This document shows, piece after piece, positions 21,641-32,337 of a stretch of 64,000 nucleotides of DNA. The notes below the pieces were generated by a model. The model had not been told where the DNA came from. It saw only the letters and a program-made list of their open reading frames with translations, and did not search any database. The translations under genes were made by a program, and so were the position numbers. The first letter of the stretch is position 1. Each line of letters starts with the position of its first letter. The stretch comes from Zygnema circumcarinatum SAG 698-1b (Eukaryota; Plantae; Zygnematophyceae), in NCBI GenBank assembly GCA_037447605.1, contig CM074815.1:1-64000 (forward strand), given 5' to 3'.

Positions 21641-23465
21641 CAGGCAGTGGGTGACGGCGCAGCCGCGGCTTGCGACTGGGCCGCTCCGTCTGCAGGCTTC
21701 CCTCCCCTCTCCTTCTGCCGCCTCCCTCTGCCGGAGCGGGGTCTGCCCATTCCGCAGTGTTCTACGATCCAGGGGTGCACTGCAAACGACACAAGAAAGG
21801 GCGGTCAATAAACGGCCAAGCGGACGCACGTTATCTCTCTACTGTACGCTGCCTCCCTCATCTTTCTATTCGCAGTTCTTAGCCGACACTTCCAATTATG
21901 AAGGCCTATTGAAAAAAGCAAGCTCCCCTCTTTTTAGAGGAAGTCAGGGCCTGGGGGGCCAGGGCGGCACAGACACAGAGAGAGAGGGTGAGAGAAAGAG
22001 GGGGGGAGGGAGGGAGAGGAGAATGGGGAGGGAGGGAGAGAGAGGAGAATGGGGGAGAGAAGGAGAGAGGGAGAGAGATTAAGGGGGAGGTGGGGGAGCG
22101 TGGCTAACCCTTGATCTGAGCGAGCGTGATCCGGCGAGTAACGTCCCTCGTGAGCATCTTGGCCACGAGGTCTGCGGCGCCGGGCGAGAGGGTCTGCCAA
22201 GCCTCCCCCGCGAGGTCGAGCTCGGCCGCCTCCACCGCGCGCAGAATGTCCTCCATCGCGTCGCCGGCGAAGGGCGGCTCCCCGCAGAGGAGGATGTGCA
22301 GGATCACGCCCAAACTCCAGATGTCCGCCTCCGGCCCGTATTCACCTTCCAGAACCTCGGGAGCCACGTAGTACCTGAAAATGGCAACTGTGTTAGACCG
22401 GCGCTGCTCCAGGAGGGAGTGAGGAAACGTCTGCAGGGGGAACTAACACTATCAATAAGTGCACAAGTGCACTTACGGAGTCCCGACGCATTCCGTAAGC
22501 TTTTCACCTGCAAGCACAACGCAAGCACAAACACAGAAGCCAAGAGGTCAGCATTTCAACGGCGCGTATGGGTGACCCGGACGCATCAGCGGTTGCTGCT
22601 GCTGCGAAACCGATGCGGCGCGCGGGCACTAACCGGGCGTGAAGAAGGCGCAGTGGCCGAAGTCCGCGAGTTTGACGGCGGTGCGCGAGCCCGCGTGCAG
22701 GAGCAGCACGTTCTCGGGCTTCAGGTCGCGGTGCGCGATCCCCAGCGCGTGGCAGTGGCTCAGCGCCGACGCCAGCACGCGGCACACGACGGCCGCGTCC
22801 GCCTCCGCGTACCGCCCCTCCGCCGCCACGCGGTCAAACAGGTCCCCCCCCCGGCACAGCTCCATCACCAGATGCACATCCTGCACCGCCCGAGAAGTAC
22901 AGCATCAGAGCAGCCCAGCCTGTGCCACAACACGAACTTCTCAAGGACAGGCGGTCAACCACAGCCATGCTTTATCACGAATCGGGATCGACAGAAAGGA
23001 GTGCGTGCAGAGGGCTAGCCGTACCTTGTCATCTTCCACGACATTGCGTAGACGCGCCACTGCGGGGTGTGTGTTCACCATTCCCAAAGCGCACACCTCC
23101 CGTCGCAGCTCCTCCGGGGAGCATCCCCCGTCCTTGGGAATGCTCTTGCAGGCGAGGACTTCTCCCGTGCGGCGGTCCGTGCAGAGGCGCACAACGCCGG
23201 CCATGCCCTCTCCGAGCTGCGCGCCAAGCGAGTAGCGCTGCGTGATATCCTCTCGCGGCAGGTTCAGCACGCGCAGGGGGGCCTGCGCCTTGGCGCGTGC
23301 AGTCGCGCCCATGGCCGCCTTGATCTCACCACTCACACGCGCTGCGGAAGTGGAGGTGGAGGTGGATGTAAAGGTAGAGGTGGAGGTAGAGCTAGAGGAG
23401 AAGGTGGATGTGAAGCCGATGCAGGGCTCTTTACCGGAGCAAGCCATTTCCTCCCTGCCGGCCAT
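21640..23465 (-). CDS. Ser/Thr protein kinase of the CDPK/CRK/PEPRK superfamily, lacking a calmodulin-like domain
   Basis: [12 protein letters not shown]...LACKSI...[56 protein letters not shown]...PPF, HPWI, then a short tail and TGA. Exons 23025-23465, 22634-22880, 22477-22507, 22109-22374, 21640-21779. Confidence 0.93.
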
Positions 23466-24032
23466 GGCCGCGTGAGGGCGAAGGCGCGACCTGGCGGCGG
23501 CGCAGGCGACGTGGCCCGTCCTCTCCTCTCGGCGCGGGGCGGTGCCGCCCGCGCACGCCCGCCCCTCGCGGCGCCACGTCGTCCCACGCGGCTGGCTGGG
23601 CCACGTGGCTGGCCTTCCGGCGGCCACCGCGACCGGCATGCAGCGCCGGCGGCCGGCACAACCGTCCCGCCAGCTGGCGCCACCCAGCCGTACCGTATCA
23701 TACGGCACCGTACGCGGCCGGTGGGGCGGCTTCATTGAAGGATGCTCGCGGCCACGTGGGTCACTGTACGGCGCGGGACCCGCGGGCGCGGGGGGGCGGG
23801 TTGTTGCCGCTGTACGGCTGCACGGCTCGTCTGTACGGCGAGCGGCGTCCCAATTCCGCGCGCGTGGCCCGCTTCCCTCCGTCGAAGAGCCGTACCGTAC
23901 CGTACCATGCCGTACCGCCAGGAGGGACGACGGAGAAAGGTCCGTTAATCCGACACCAAAAGGAGAACCTTACAGTACGGTACATATCCGGATGCAGAGG
24001 AGTACGGTACGGTACTCCGCATGTGGCAAATT

Positions 24033-25769
24033 GGAGGCGACTATTTAGGAAAATGATACAGCGGCCCCACTTTTTGGATATCGGCGCCCCCTTTTGGGAA
24101 AAAATGTACTTTTTTTCTGGCTAATCACTCCCCCCCTTGGATCTTTCGGGAGGAGAGATCTTGTAGACAATCGGACCCCGCGCCTCGCGCGAAGGATCCG
24201 ACTGTGCACCGACGTACGGCGCCGCGCATCGCGGCGTGGCCCGCGAGATGCGGCGAGCCTACGGAAAATTTGTCCTCACCTGACCCGTTTGGGTCAAGGT
24301 TGCCACGTGGCAGTCTGCCATTGGACAGCCCTGCTGCCGGTCCCCCATGCCGATACAGTGGACCCCCATAATATTTTCCACCTTGTACAGTGCGTCCCCA
24401 AGAAATTCGCCCCGATTTTGCCGAAACCACCTTTTTGTACGGTAACTCAATGTTAACGTACTAGGGGTGTTAACCTAACCTGACCTATTATCCAATACAA
24501 AATCTGTTTATCGAAACGGATTTCAAACATGGGTCACGCTTTTAAGCTGTACGGTAAGTACGAATAAAATCTCTAAGTCGTACGGTATACGTACGGCACC
24601 AATAGGAAATCGTGTATCTAAATCACGATACGATACGATACGTACAAACAGACATGAACTCTAACATAATACCGCTCGCCTATTGGTAACACGGACCTTA
24701 TATTTGCAAATTACAATATTTTCGCCCAGTATTTGCCGAAACCATGGCGAAAATATTATGGGGGTCCACTGTATCGGCATGGGGGACCGGCAGCAGGGCT
24801 GTCCAATGGCAGACTGCCACGTGGCAACCTCTTACCCAAAAGGGTCAGGCGAGGACAACGTTTCCGTAGCCTCGCCGCATCTCGCGGGCCACGCCGCGAT
24901 GCGCGGCGCCGTACGTCGGTGCACAGTCGGATCCTTCGCGCGAGGCGCGGGGTCCGATTGTCTACAAGATCTCTCCTCCCGAAAGATCCAAGGGGCGGAG
25001 TGATTAGCCAAAAAAAAAGTACATTTTTTTCCCAAAAGGGGGCGCCGATATCCAAAAAGTGGGGCCGCTGTATCATTTTCCACTATTTACAATGTCCTTG
25101 TTCTGAATAGTGTAGTGTACTTTTTCGCCGGGCAGCTTGTGCAAAGGATTTTTTTTGCGAAAAATGCTGTTTCATAATTTTCAGAATAGATACAGACCTT
25201 TTTTCGTCGGATGTACGGATAGTGATTTGAATGTACGAAGCGCGCGCGTCTACAAGGTATAAGGGCGCAACACGTGGAGCGACATGATTGGTCGTGGCAA
25301 CATATAACGTGACACGTATGTTTGGGACCGTGACGTGACGAATCGAGACGCGAAAAAAGTGGAGTCCGCGGGACGGCAGTCGGAAAACTGGCAGAAAAAG
25401 ATAGGGCACACAACGTAGCGTGTTTCAGGAAAAATCTGTCAGTTTTAATTCCCGCCATTTCCGACTGCCGTCCGCGTACTCCACTTTTTTCGCGTCTCGT
25501 TTCGTCACGTCACGGTCCCAAACATACTTGCCACGTCATATGTTGCCGTGACCAATCATGTCGCTCCACGTGTTACGCCCTTACATCTTGTCGACGCGCG
25601 CGCTTCGTACATTCAAATCACCATCCGTACATCCGACGAAAAAGGTCTGTATCTATTCTGAAAAGTATGAAACAGCATTTTTCGCAAAAAAAATCCTTTG
25701 CACAAGCTGCCCAGTGAAAAAGTACACTACATTCAGAACAAGGACACTGTAAATACTGTAGTCGCCTCC
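24033..25769. mobile_element. Older foldback MITE with about 310-bp TIRs; its left TIR is interrupted by the 24048-25081 element
   Basis: With the inner element removed, the left end GGAGGCGACTATTTACAATGTCCTTGTTCTGAAT... pairs with the right end ...ATTCAGAACAAGGACACTGTAAATACTGTAGTCGCCTCC. The arms are 24033-24047 plus 25090-25386, and 25458-25769, with a spacer of about 70 bp. Confidence 0.88.
24048..25081. mobile_element. Non-autonomous foldback/Mutator-like MITE with about 330-bp TIRs and an 8-bp TSD
   Basis: Left arm 24048-24378 (GGAAAATGATACAGCGGCCCC...) is the near-perfect reverse complement of 24749-25081 (...GGGGCCGCTGTATCATTTTCC). Direct repeats ACTATTTA flank it at 24040-24047 and 25082-25089. 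No transposase. Confidence 0.93.
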
Positions 25770-25783
25770 TTTTTTTAAGTCGA

Positions 25784-25865
<82 letters not shown>
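25784..25865. repeat. (CATGCC)n hexanucleotide microsatellite, about 13 copies
   Basis: A perfect run of GCCCAT units immediately right of the outer MITE. Confidence 0.95.
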
Positions 25866-28630
25866 CGCACGCCCACGACTTCGCGTGCCGGAGCGCCATG
25901 GCGCTGGCCCTAGCCCTGGCCCGCGATGACGGCCCGAGGACTGCCATCGGGCTCGGATGAGGCCCGCCCGCCCGCCCTGCCGGGCATGGCCAGCGCTCCG
26001 ACCCCCTTCTTTCCTCCGCAGTGAGTCAGTCGTCGGCGCGGGGCTTTGTACCTCTTCCAGTGCCGGGCAGGCAGGCAGGCAGGCAGGCAGGCAGCCTAAG
26101 CGATGGCGGCTGGCGGGTTCCTCAAGGACAGCGAGTTTGGGTGGCGGGCTTCGCGGCGTCGCGGTGGTCGGCGCGCGAGCCCTGCGAGCTGCAGGGCGGG
26201 TGCCAGGGGCCTGGACGGAAACAAAAGGCGGCTGCTGCAGCTCGAGGCGGACGTATCGCCTCCCGCGGCTTCCCAGGTGGGGGCTCCGTCCGGCCCTGAC
26301 AGCTCACGGGCCGGCAGTCATGGCTGCCATTTGGAGGAAGCACCAGGGATGTGGCGCCGGAGCTTTATTTGAAAGCACGGGCCGGGAGATGGGGACGGCT
26401 CAGGCTTCACCGGGCGACGCCTTTCAGATTCTGACGACGCCTGCCGCCCGTAGCGTGTCGGCTGGCCATGGCGGATCCTGGTCCTTTTTTTCTTCAGAGG
26501 CAATATAATTTTGTTTTCCTTGGCTTCTTTCTTGTGCCTGTAAATAACGTGATCCTCATTTCAGGATCCTGAATTAAAACGCGGCGCTTAGCAGCCATGC
26601 AGAAATCCATTGCAAAAGGGATTGCATCACCGCCTTTTTTTACATATTCTCTGCATTTTTTCTTGCCGTTTTCAACCTTAATTTTCCATTTTCTGGCGCT
26701 TCTGACGTTTATCGAGGGTTTCAGGATTTTCCAAGAAATGGTAATCACCGGCTGAGAGTGTGCTTCAGACTTTGGGAACCTAACAATCCATCCTTCAATT
26801 TTTTGCTTCCACAATTGTATGTCTTTTCTCGAAACTTGCAACATCTCTCTCTCACAGGCATGCACACACACAGACGCAGTCTTTCTCATGGACATTGTCG
26901 TCCTGCCACGTGTACACTCTCGGCTGCTTCTCCATCCTCTCCCCTTCTCACTCTCTCGCGATCCTGACAGTGGAGACGTCTGTTTTCCGTGCAGGTGTGA
27001 AGAAGGATTGGAATGGAGCTCAGCTCAGAGCTCCCGTGTTCTATGAGGTGCACAGCCCGTTGTGTTGGGAATTGTTGTCTTTATTCCAATACTTTCAATG
27101 GCGAGGCCAACTAAAATCCAAAGAGAGGAAGGACACCATTGGATGGGCAACCATTGGCCAACCATTGTTTGCCAATGGTTGTTTGGCCAATGGTTCACAA
27201 CCATTGGAATGGTTTGCGGCCATTGACGATTGTTGTCTAGGTCTCTGCCAATGGTTCAAACCATTGGCAATGGTCGCCCACAATATAAAATTGGATGGCT
27301 TCAACCATTTGCCAATTGGCAGGTTTGGCCCGTTAATACAACCGTTAGAAGCATCCAGTGGCTTCCAACCACTGCCAATGGTTGGAACCATTACTTGAAC
27401 GCAAAACTTACACGCCTTCTGGAAGATTCGAACTCACCCCCAACACCCTGTTGTTGCGACGTGTTTTTAAGCAGCACACCGCTACTTACGAACAATTATT
27501 TATTGTGTGAAGAAGAGAGAAATAGACTCTCTATCCAACTTTTCCAACCGTTGGCAATGACTGACTGAGTTGCTGACCAATAATTGGACGATTGAATTTA
27601 ACGGTTGAAACCTTCAGCAGTGGTTTGCAAGCATTCCAGTGGTAGATGAAATAATCGGAGTTGGATTTTTCTGGTCAGATCCATCAACTTAAAGCCGATC
27701 ATATTTCTTTTCGCACTCACGATGGCTCAATCGATGATTCGATTTTGATGACAAGGTCCAACTCGCAAAAATGGGTCATTTGGACAAAGGGGGTATCGTG
27801 AAAGGCTGAAACAAAGCTGTTGTTGTTGTTGTTTGTATCTTCAGCGATGGCAGGAGGTATCGCCTATTGCTGAAATTTCTTGATGAACGTTTGCTTTTTT
27901 TGACTTGGACTCAAGCCAATACAACCCGTTGATCAACGATCCTCCCTTCGTCTTTTCCGGAAACAAATCTCTGCGACGTTTATTGGTTCAGTGCCTTGTC
28001 AGCATGTTTTGGGCTTTTAGGGTTGCAGAAAGCGTCGAGTTTCAGAGTCAAGCATGTGAAAGAATACAAATTTCTTCGGATGTGTAATTGATGCAGTTTC
28101 AAAATGCAGCCCCCTTGCCATCACCCACATTTCATTCGACAAATCCTTGACCGTTGCAAAGCGTGGCGTACGGGAACCGAATGCCCCCCACGAACTCAAC
28201 AGTTACGGCTTTATTCCTGCAGCCCAATGACTACGAAGAAATCACAGTTACGACTTTATTCCTGTTCGCCTTACTTGCAAACAGGGACTAACTATAGAAT
28301 GTGGACCAATCGCTGTAACTTGCTTACGTAGCTTGCTGACGCTATCTATGTGCTGCGGTGGATACTGGCAGAGAAGCGATGTCAGCAGAATTTACAGTCC
28401 CCGCCATGCAGACGGAGTTGTGCTGTACACATATCCTACGCAGCTGACCCCCCTTTCCCCCCGCCCCCCCTCTGCCGCCTCCAGAAACGAGCACTGCCGC
28501 ACTACCTGCTGTTAGCGGGGTTCGCCCCTGCAGCAGCCTATAAGCACTCCTAAGAAGCAGTTTTCCTCATTCGAGAAGTGCAGCTCCTCAAAAAAAGCTA
28601 ACTGGTGGCATTCACATGCAAGACACCGAC

Positions 28631-29101
28631 CTAAAACTGCAGTCGCCTCTTCACCCGCGCATGGCCTGACCGTTTCTCCTCAGCCCAGTGAACCCCCAAC
28701 GCCTCGGAGTAGTACTTCTTTGGGGCCCTCGGCATCTCTGTGGGAGACCAGCACACCTCTTGTGGCGTTCGAGGAGAGAGCGCTGACAGCACCTCCGTCC
28801 CTCCTGTGGCATCTCCTACTTCCTTATTCAACCTCCCGAGCGGTGCAGATAACGACGATGGTTGCTCATGAGAGGGCGACCTCGCCACTTCTCCTTCCTT
28901 CCTAGCATCCATGTCATCTACCGTCAGATGCATCTTTGCGTCTGAGACCCGCTCTTCAAGGAGCGCACCTCCGCCTTCCACACCAACCATTTCGCAAGTG
29001 CGACCTTTCGCAAGGTCTGCACTAGCAGGATGGTTCTCACAAACGGGACTTGTTTGGCGGCGAGATGGCGATGACGTGCACGGTTCACCAGTGAGCGCCA
29101 T
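28631..29101 (-). CDS. Orphan 156-aa low-complexity ORF with S/T-P sites, a PRAPKK motif and a C-terminal KRRLQF; possibly an SMR-like CDK inhibitor
   Basis: ATG at 29101 and TAG at 28631. Ends ...LSPRTPQEVCWSPTEMPRAPKKYYSEALGVHWAEEKRSGHARVKRRLQF*. A strong donor AAA|GTGAGC near 30130 could close an upstream leader exon. No folded domain recognised. Confidence 0.35.
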   Translation of the reverse strand: MALTGEPCTSSPSRRQTSPVCENHPASADLAKGRTCEMVGVEGGGALLEERVSDAKMHLTVDDMDARKEGEVARSPSHEQPSSLSAPLGRLNKEVGDATGGTEVLSALSPRTPQEVCWSPTEMPRAPKKYYSEALGVHWAEEKRSGHARVKRRLQF

Positions 29102-30569
29102 TTTCAATGGCTGCCAGGAACCTCCTCACTCTGCGTACACCGTCAGTTCCTCACAGGACGGCCCAGCAGGGGAATGAAACGCCACACCGTGTTTCAGGCG
29201 AAGAGGATACGGCCATTCAAAAACCCCGTGATTTCTGCTTGGCATATGCTGTCCCCGTCATGATGGCCAAAGCCTGCATCACGGCAACATCGACGTTAGT
29301 GCATCGCCATGACTGCCTCGTCCACACAGCTATTCCTACGGCAACGACTCCGCGGGGTGCATAAAGCATGGACTTCGCCGCTAGAGAAACCAACGCGGAT
29401 CAGCTTCACCCTGTCAAGGCAGCGCCTCTTGACAGGACCGCTGCTCCGCCGGACACTGGCGGAGAACAGGGTGCGCTTTAGGCTGCTGTGATGACGCAGG
29501 CTCCTTTAGCCTGCCGGACATCGCCGCAGGGTATGCTAGAGGCAGTTGCCTCCATAGAGAACAGTTTGCAGTTGCCTTCCCGATACGACAAAGAAATGTC
29601 CGCATATTAGAGTGTTCACTCGACCCAAACAGGTTAAAGCTAATGATGTCTCGTCCCGGAAAGGGGAGAGCGAGAATAGAAGACTCAAAGCGAGTGCAAA
29701 AGCTTTTGAACATTATCAGCTAGTATTACCATCATAAGACGGCACGACTTATAATGTCACTACATATGGCGGCCGTCCACCTACAAAGCGTAGGCAATCG
29801 ACAAAAGCCACTCACTAAAGCTTTCACGACTTTTGTAGGGCAGAGAAGGGCTAAGCCCTAGTAGCCCTTTAGCTTACTCAGACGCAAGTACTGCAAAAAT
29901 TGGAAAACCGAACCAGACCAAAGCATTCGTATCCGGCTTTTAAACTATAGCTATTCGCGGCCCGCCGACAACCTGCTAGTCCGCCTCCTTCGGCTTCATC
30001 ACTCATACCTAAATATAAGAGAAACCCTAAGTGAAATGAGATCCAAATAAACAGGGAATAAAACCAAAGAAGACAGCAGCCATAGCGACCGTGGCAGTGC
30101 CGTCGAACAGTCACAGGGCAGTGCTCACTTTGAAGAGCTCCACTTGAAGCCTGACAGTCTTCGCAAAACTCCGTTCGCGGCGCGGTGCGTAGAGCGGCGA
30201 GCTCAGCGGTAGAGGCCAACACTCGAGTAGAGGGCGGGAGGCGGGGAGGAGGTGAGGGAGGGCAGGAGTGAAGCGGGGAAGGAGGTGGGGAGGGAAGGCG
30301 GGCGGGAGTGAGCGCGGCAGCGCGGAGGAGCGGGGAGGCGATCGCGGTCGCGGGGGCCGTTCGCGGCGGGTCAAGGTCCGCCTCCTTCCGTCCGCGTCCG
30401 CGTCCCTCCCGGCCTCCCCCGCGGGCGGGCGGGCGGGCGAGGGCGGTTGCCAAAGCGCAGCGCCGTACGGAAGGAAGGAGGGGGAGGCGAACGGCCGCCC
30501 TCGCAAACCGCGCGGCGGCAGGAACCGGACGGACACAGGCCGAGCCACAGGGCAGGGCGCCGGGCAGAG

Positions 30570-30830
30570 GCAGCACCCTAGCGGGCAGCCGGGCAGCACC
30601 CAAGCGGGCAGCGGGCAACACCAAGCGGGCAGCGGGCAGCACCCAAGCGGGCAACGGGCAGCACCAGCACCCACGCTGGCAGCGGGCAGCACCCAAGCGG
30701 GCAGCGGGCAGCACCAAAGCGGGCAACGGGTAGCACCCAAGCGGGCAGCACCCAAAGCGGGCAGCACCCAATCGGGAAACGGGCAGCGGGCAGCACACGG
30801 GCAGCAGCGGGCAGCGGGCGAAAGAGAGCG
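30570..30830. repeat. GC-rich degenerate minisatellite built on GCGGGCAGCGGGCAGCACCCAA
   Basis: Repeated GGGCAGCACCCAAGC units, which create spurious long ORFs in several frames. Confidence 0.85.
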
Positions 30831-32337
30831 CGGCCACGTGGAGGCGAACCGCCCGCGTCGCCGACGCTCGAGATTCCGAAGAGATTCCGCGAGGGGGGCA
30901 CCGTACGGACGAGCGGGCGGGCGGGCGGGCGGGTCCACCCGCGGCCAGGTCCGTTCGCACGGTGCGAACACAAAAATGGGCGCGCGCCCCCGCACTTGCC
31001 GCCCTCGCGAAGGGGGGCGCGGCTACGTGGCCGCCGCCGATAGCGGCAAACGGCGCCTCCTCATAGCGGCCGCCACGTGGCAGCGGTCGTGGCGTGTTCG
31101 GTTGGAACCAGCGCCAATTTCGGAGCGCGAGCGCGGGTCGGTCGTGGGCGCGGCGGCGAGGAGAGGGGAGGAAGGACGAGCGGGGGGCGAGCGGGCACGA
31201 GGGAGGATGCAGGCGCTTGTGCGCTCGGCGTCTCGGGGGAGGGAGGGAGGGAGGGAGGGAGGGAGGGAGGGAGGGAGGGAGGGAGGGCCGGTGCCCGGCG
31301 CAGCGCAAGGTCACTGGCCCTGGCGAGTGCTCACCGCCTCCTCACTCTCCCGTCGTCGACTGGAGGGAGGGAGGGAGGGAGGGAGGGACGGTTTTCAAGT
31401 AACTGGCGAGTTGATCCTGGCTCGTAGTCAGACGAGAACATGCGGTTGAGCTTGACGGAGAATGGCCACTTCCCTTTTGCATTGTCTCTCAGAGTGCACG
31501 CCGAGGAGTGAACGCTGCAGCGCGCCTTGTCCATGAGGGCGCTCATCCTCCACAAGTAGAGCACGCATTTGCCAATGTGTGGGCACTGTACTGGACTGAA
31601 TGTTTTTGGGGTTTTTGGAGGGTTTCTTGCCATCGGTCGCTAACCGCTTCCACACGGCATGGCATGGCGCACGCCGCTAGTCCTAACAACCTCCCTCTGC
31701 AGAAAAATGGGAGCATGGAATTCCCGGCCGCATGCTGCTGGCTCCCCACACAAACCCGCATGTCTTCATAGAGCGCGCAGTCACATCTGGTTGACACCGC
31801 GCTTTAGGATCACTCAAGATCCTGGATCGAGAAGTTTGGGGGAATGCAAAAAACCAGGGTGGCGACGACGTGTTAGCCTTCTGAAGGAAACGAGAATTTT
31901 GATTGAAAACAGCACGCAATGCAATGACAAGTCGTTCATTAAAAAGTGGAGGAGCGGTACGATACAGCTTTCAAGGAGCAAAATTTTTTCAGCCTAACTA
32001 CGAGGTCAGATTACGGACTGGTATTGGAGGCACAAGCCTTAGTCCCACAAAATAAAGCGAGCCCATATGTGGGGGAAGCCCAAATGCCGGTCGATGCGGA
32101 GCGCCTCTCAGAGCCCCGCGGGCCGCCCCCCACGCTGCGGTAATGAAGCAAGCAGCACATGGCGCCTTTGCAGGCCGACTGCCCCGCGACTTACTCCATT
32201 TAGAGGTAAGTAAACCCTTCTACACGTTGTTTTGGATCGCATTGGACTGACGTTGAAGTGTAATGCGCACTCACACGCTACTGCTCAACGTTCGCAGAAA
32301 GTTCGCTGTACTTGGGAACGCTGTCCCTGTAGAGCAG

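Noticed and set aside
31407-31430. CGAGTTGATCCTGGCTCGTAGTCA resembles the 5' end of SSU rRNA (16S AGAGTTTGATCCTGGCTCAG / 18S GTTGATCCTGCCAGTAGTCA)
   Set aside because: Similarity stops after about 20 nt and no downstream rRNA helices or conserved blocks follow; treated as chance.
29878-31449. Overlapping ORFs of 290-480 aa on both strands
   Set aside because: They are produced by GC-rich minisatellites that lack stop codons, with repetitive, domain-free translations.
31428-31655. KREVAILRQAQPHVLV resembles kinase subdomains III-IV
   Set aside because: No flanking Gly-loop, HRD or DFG exons are nearby, and the ORF stops immediately afterwards.
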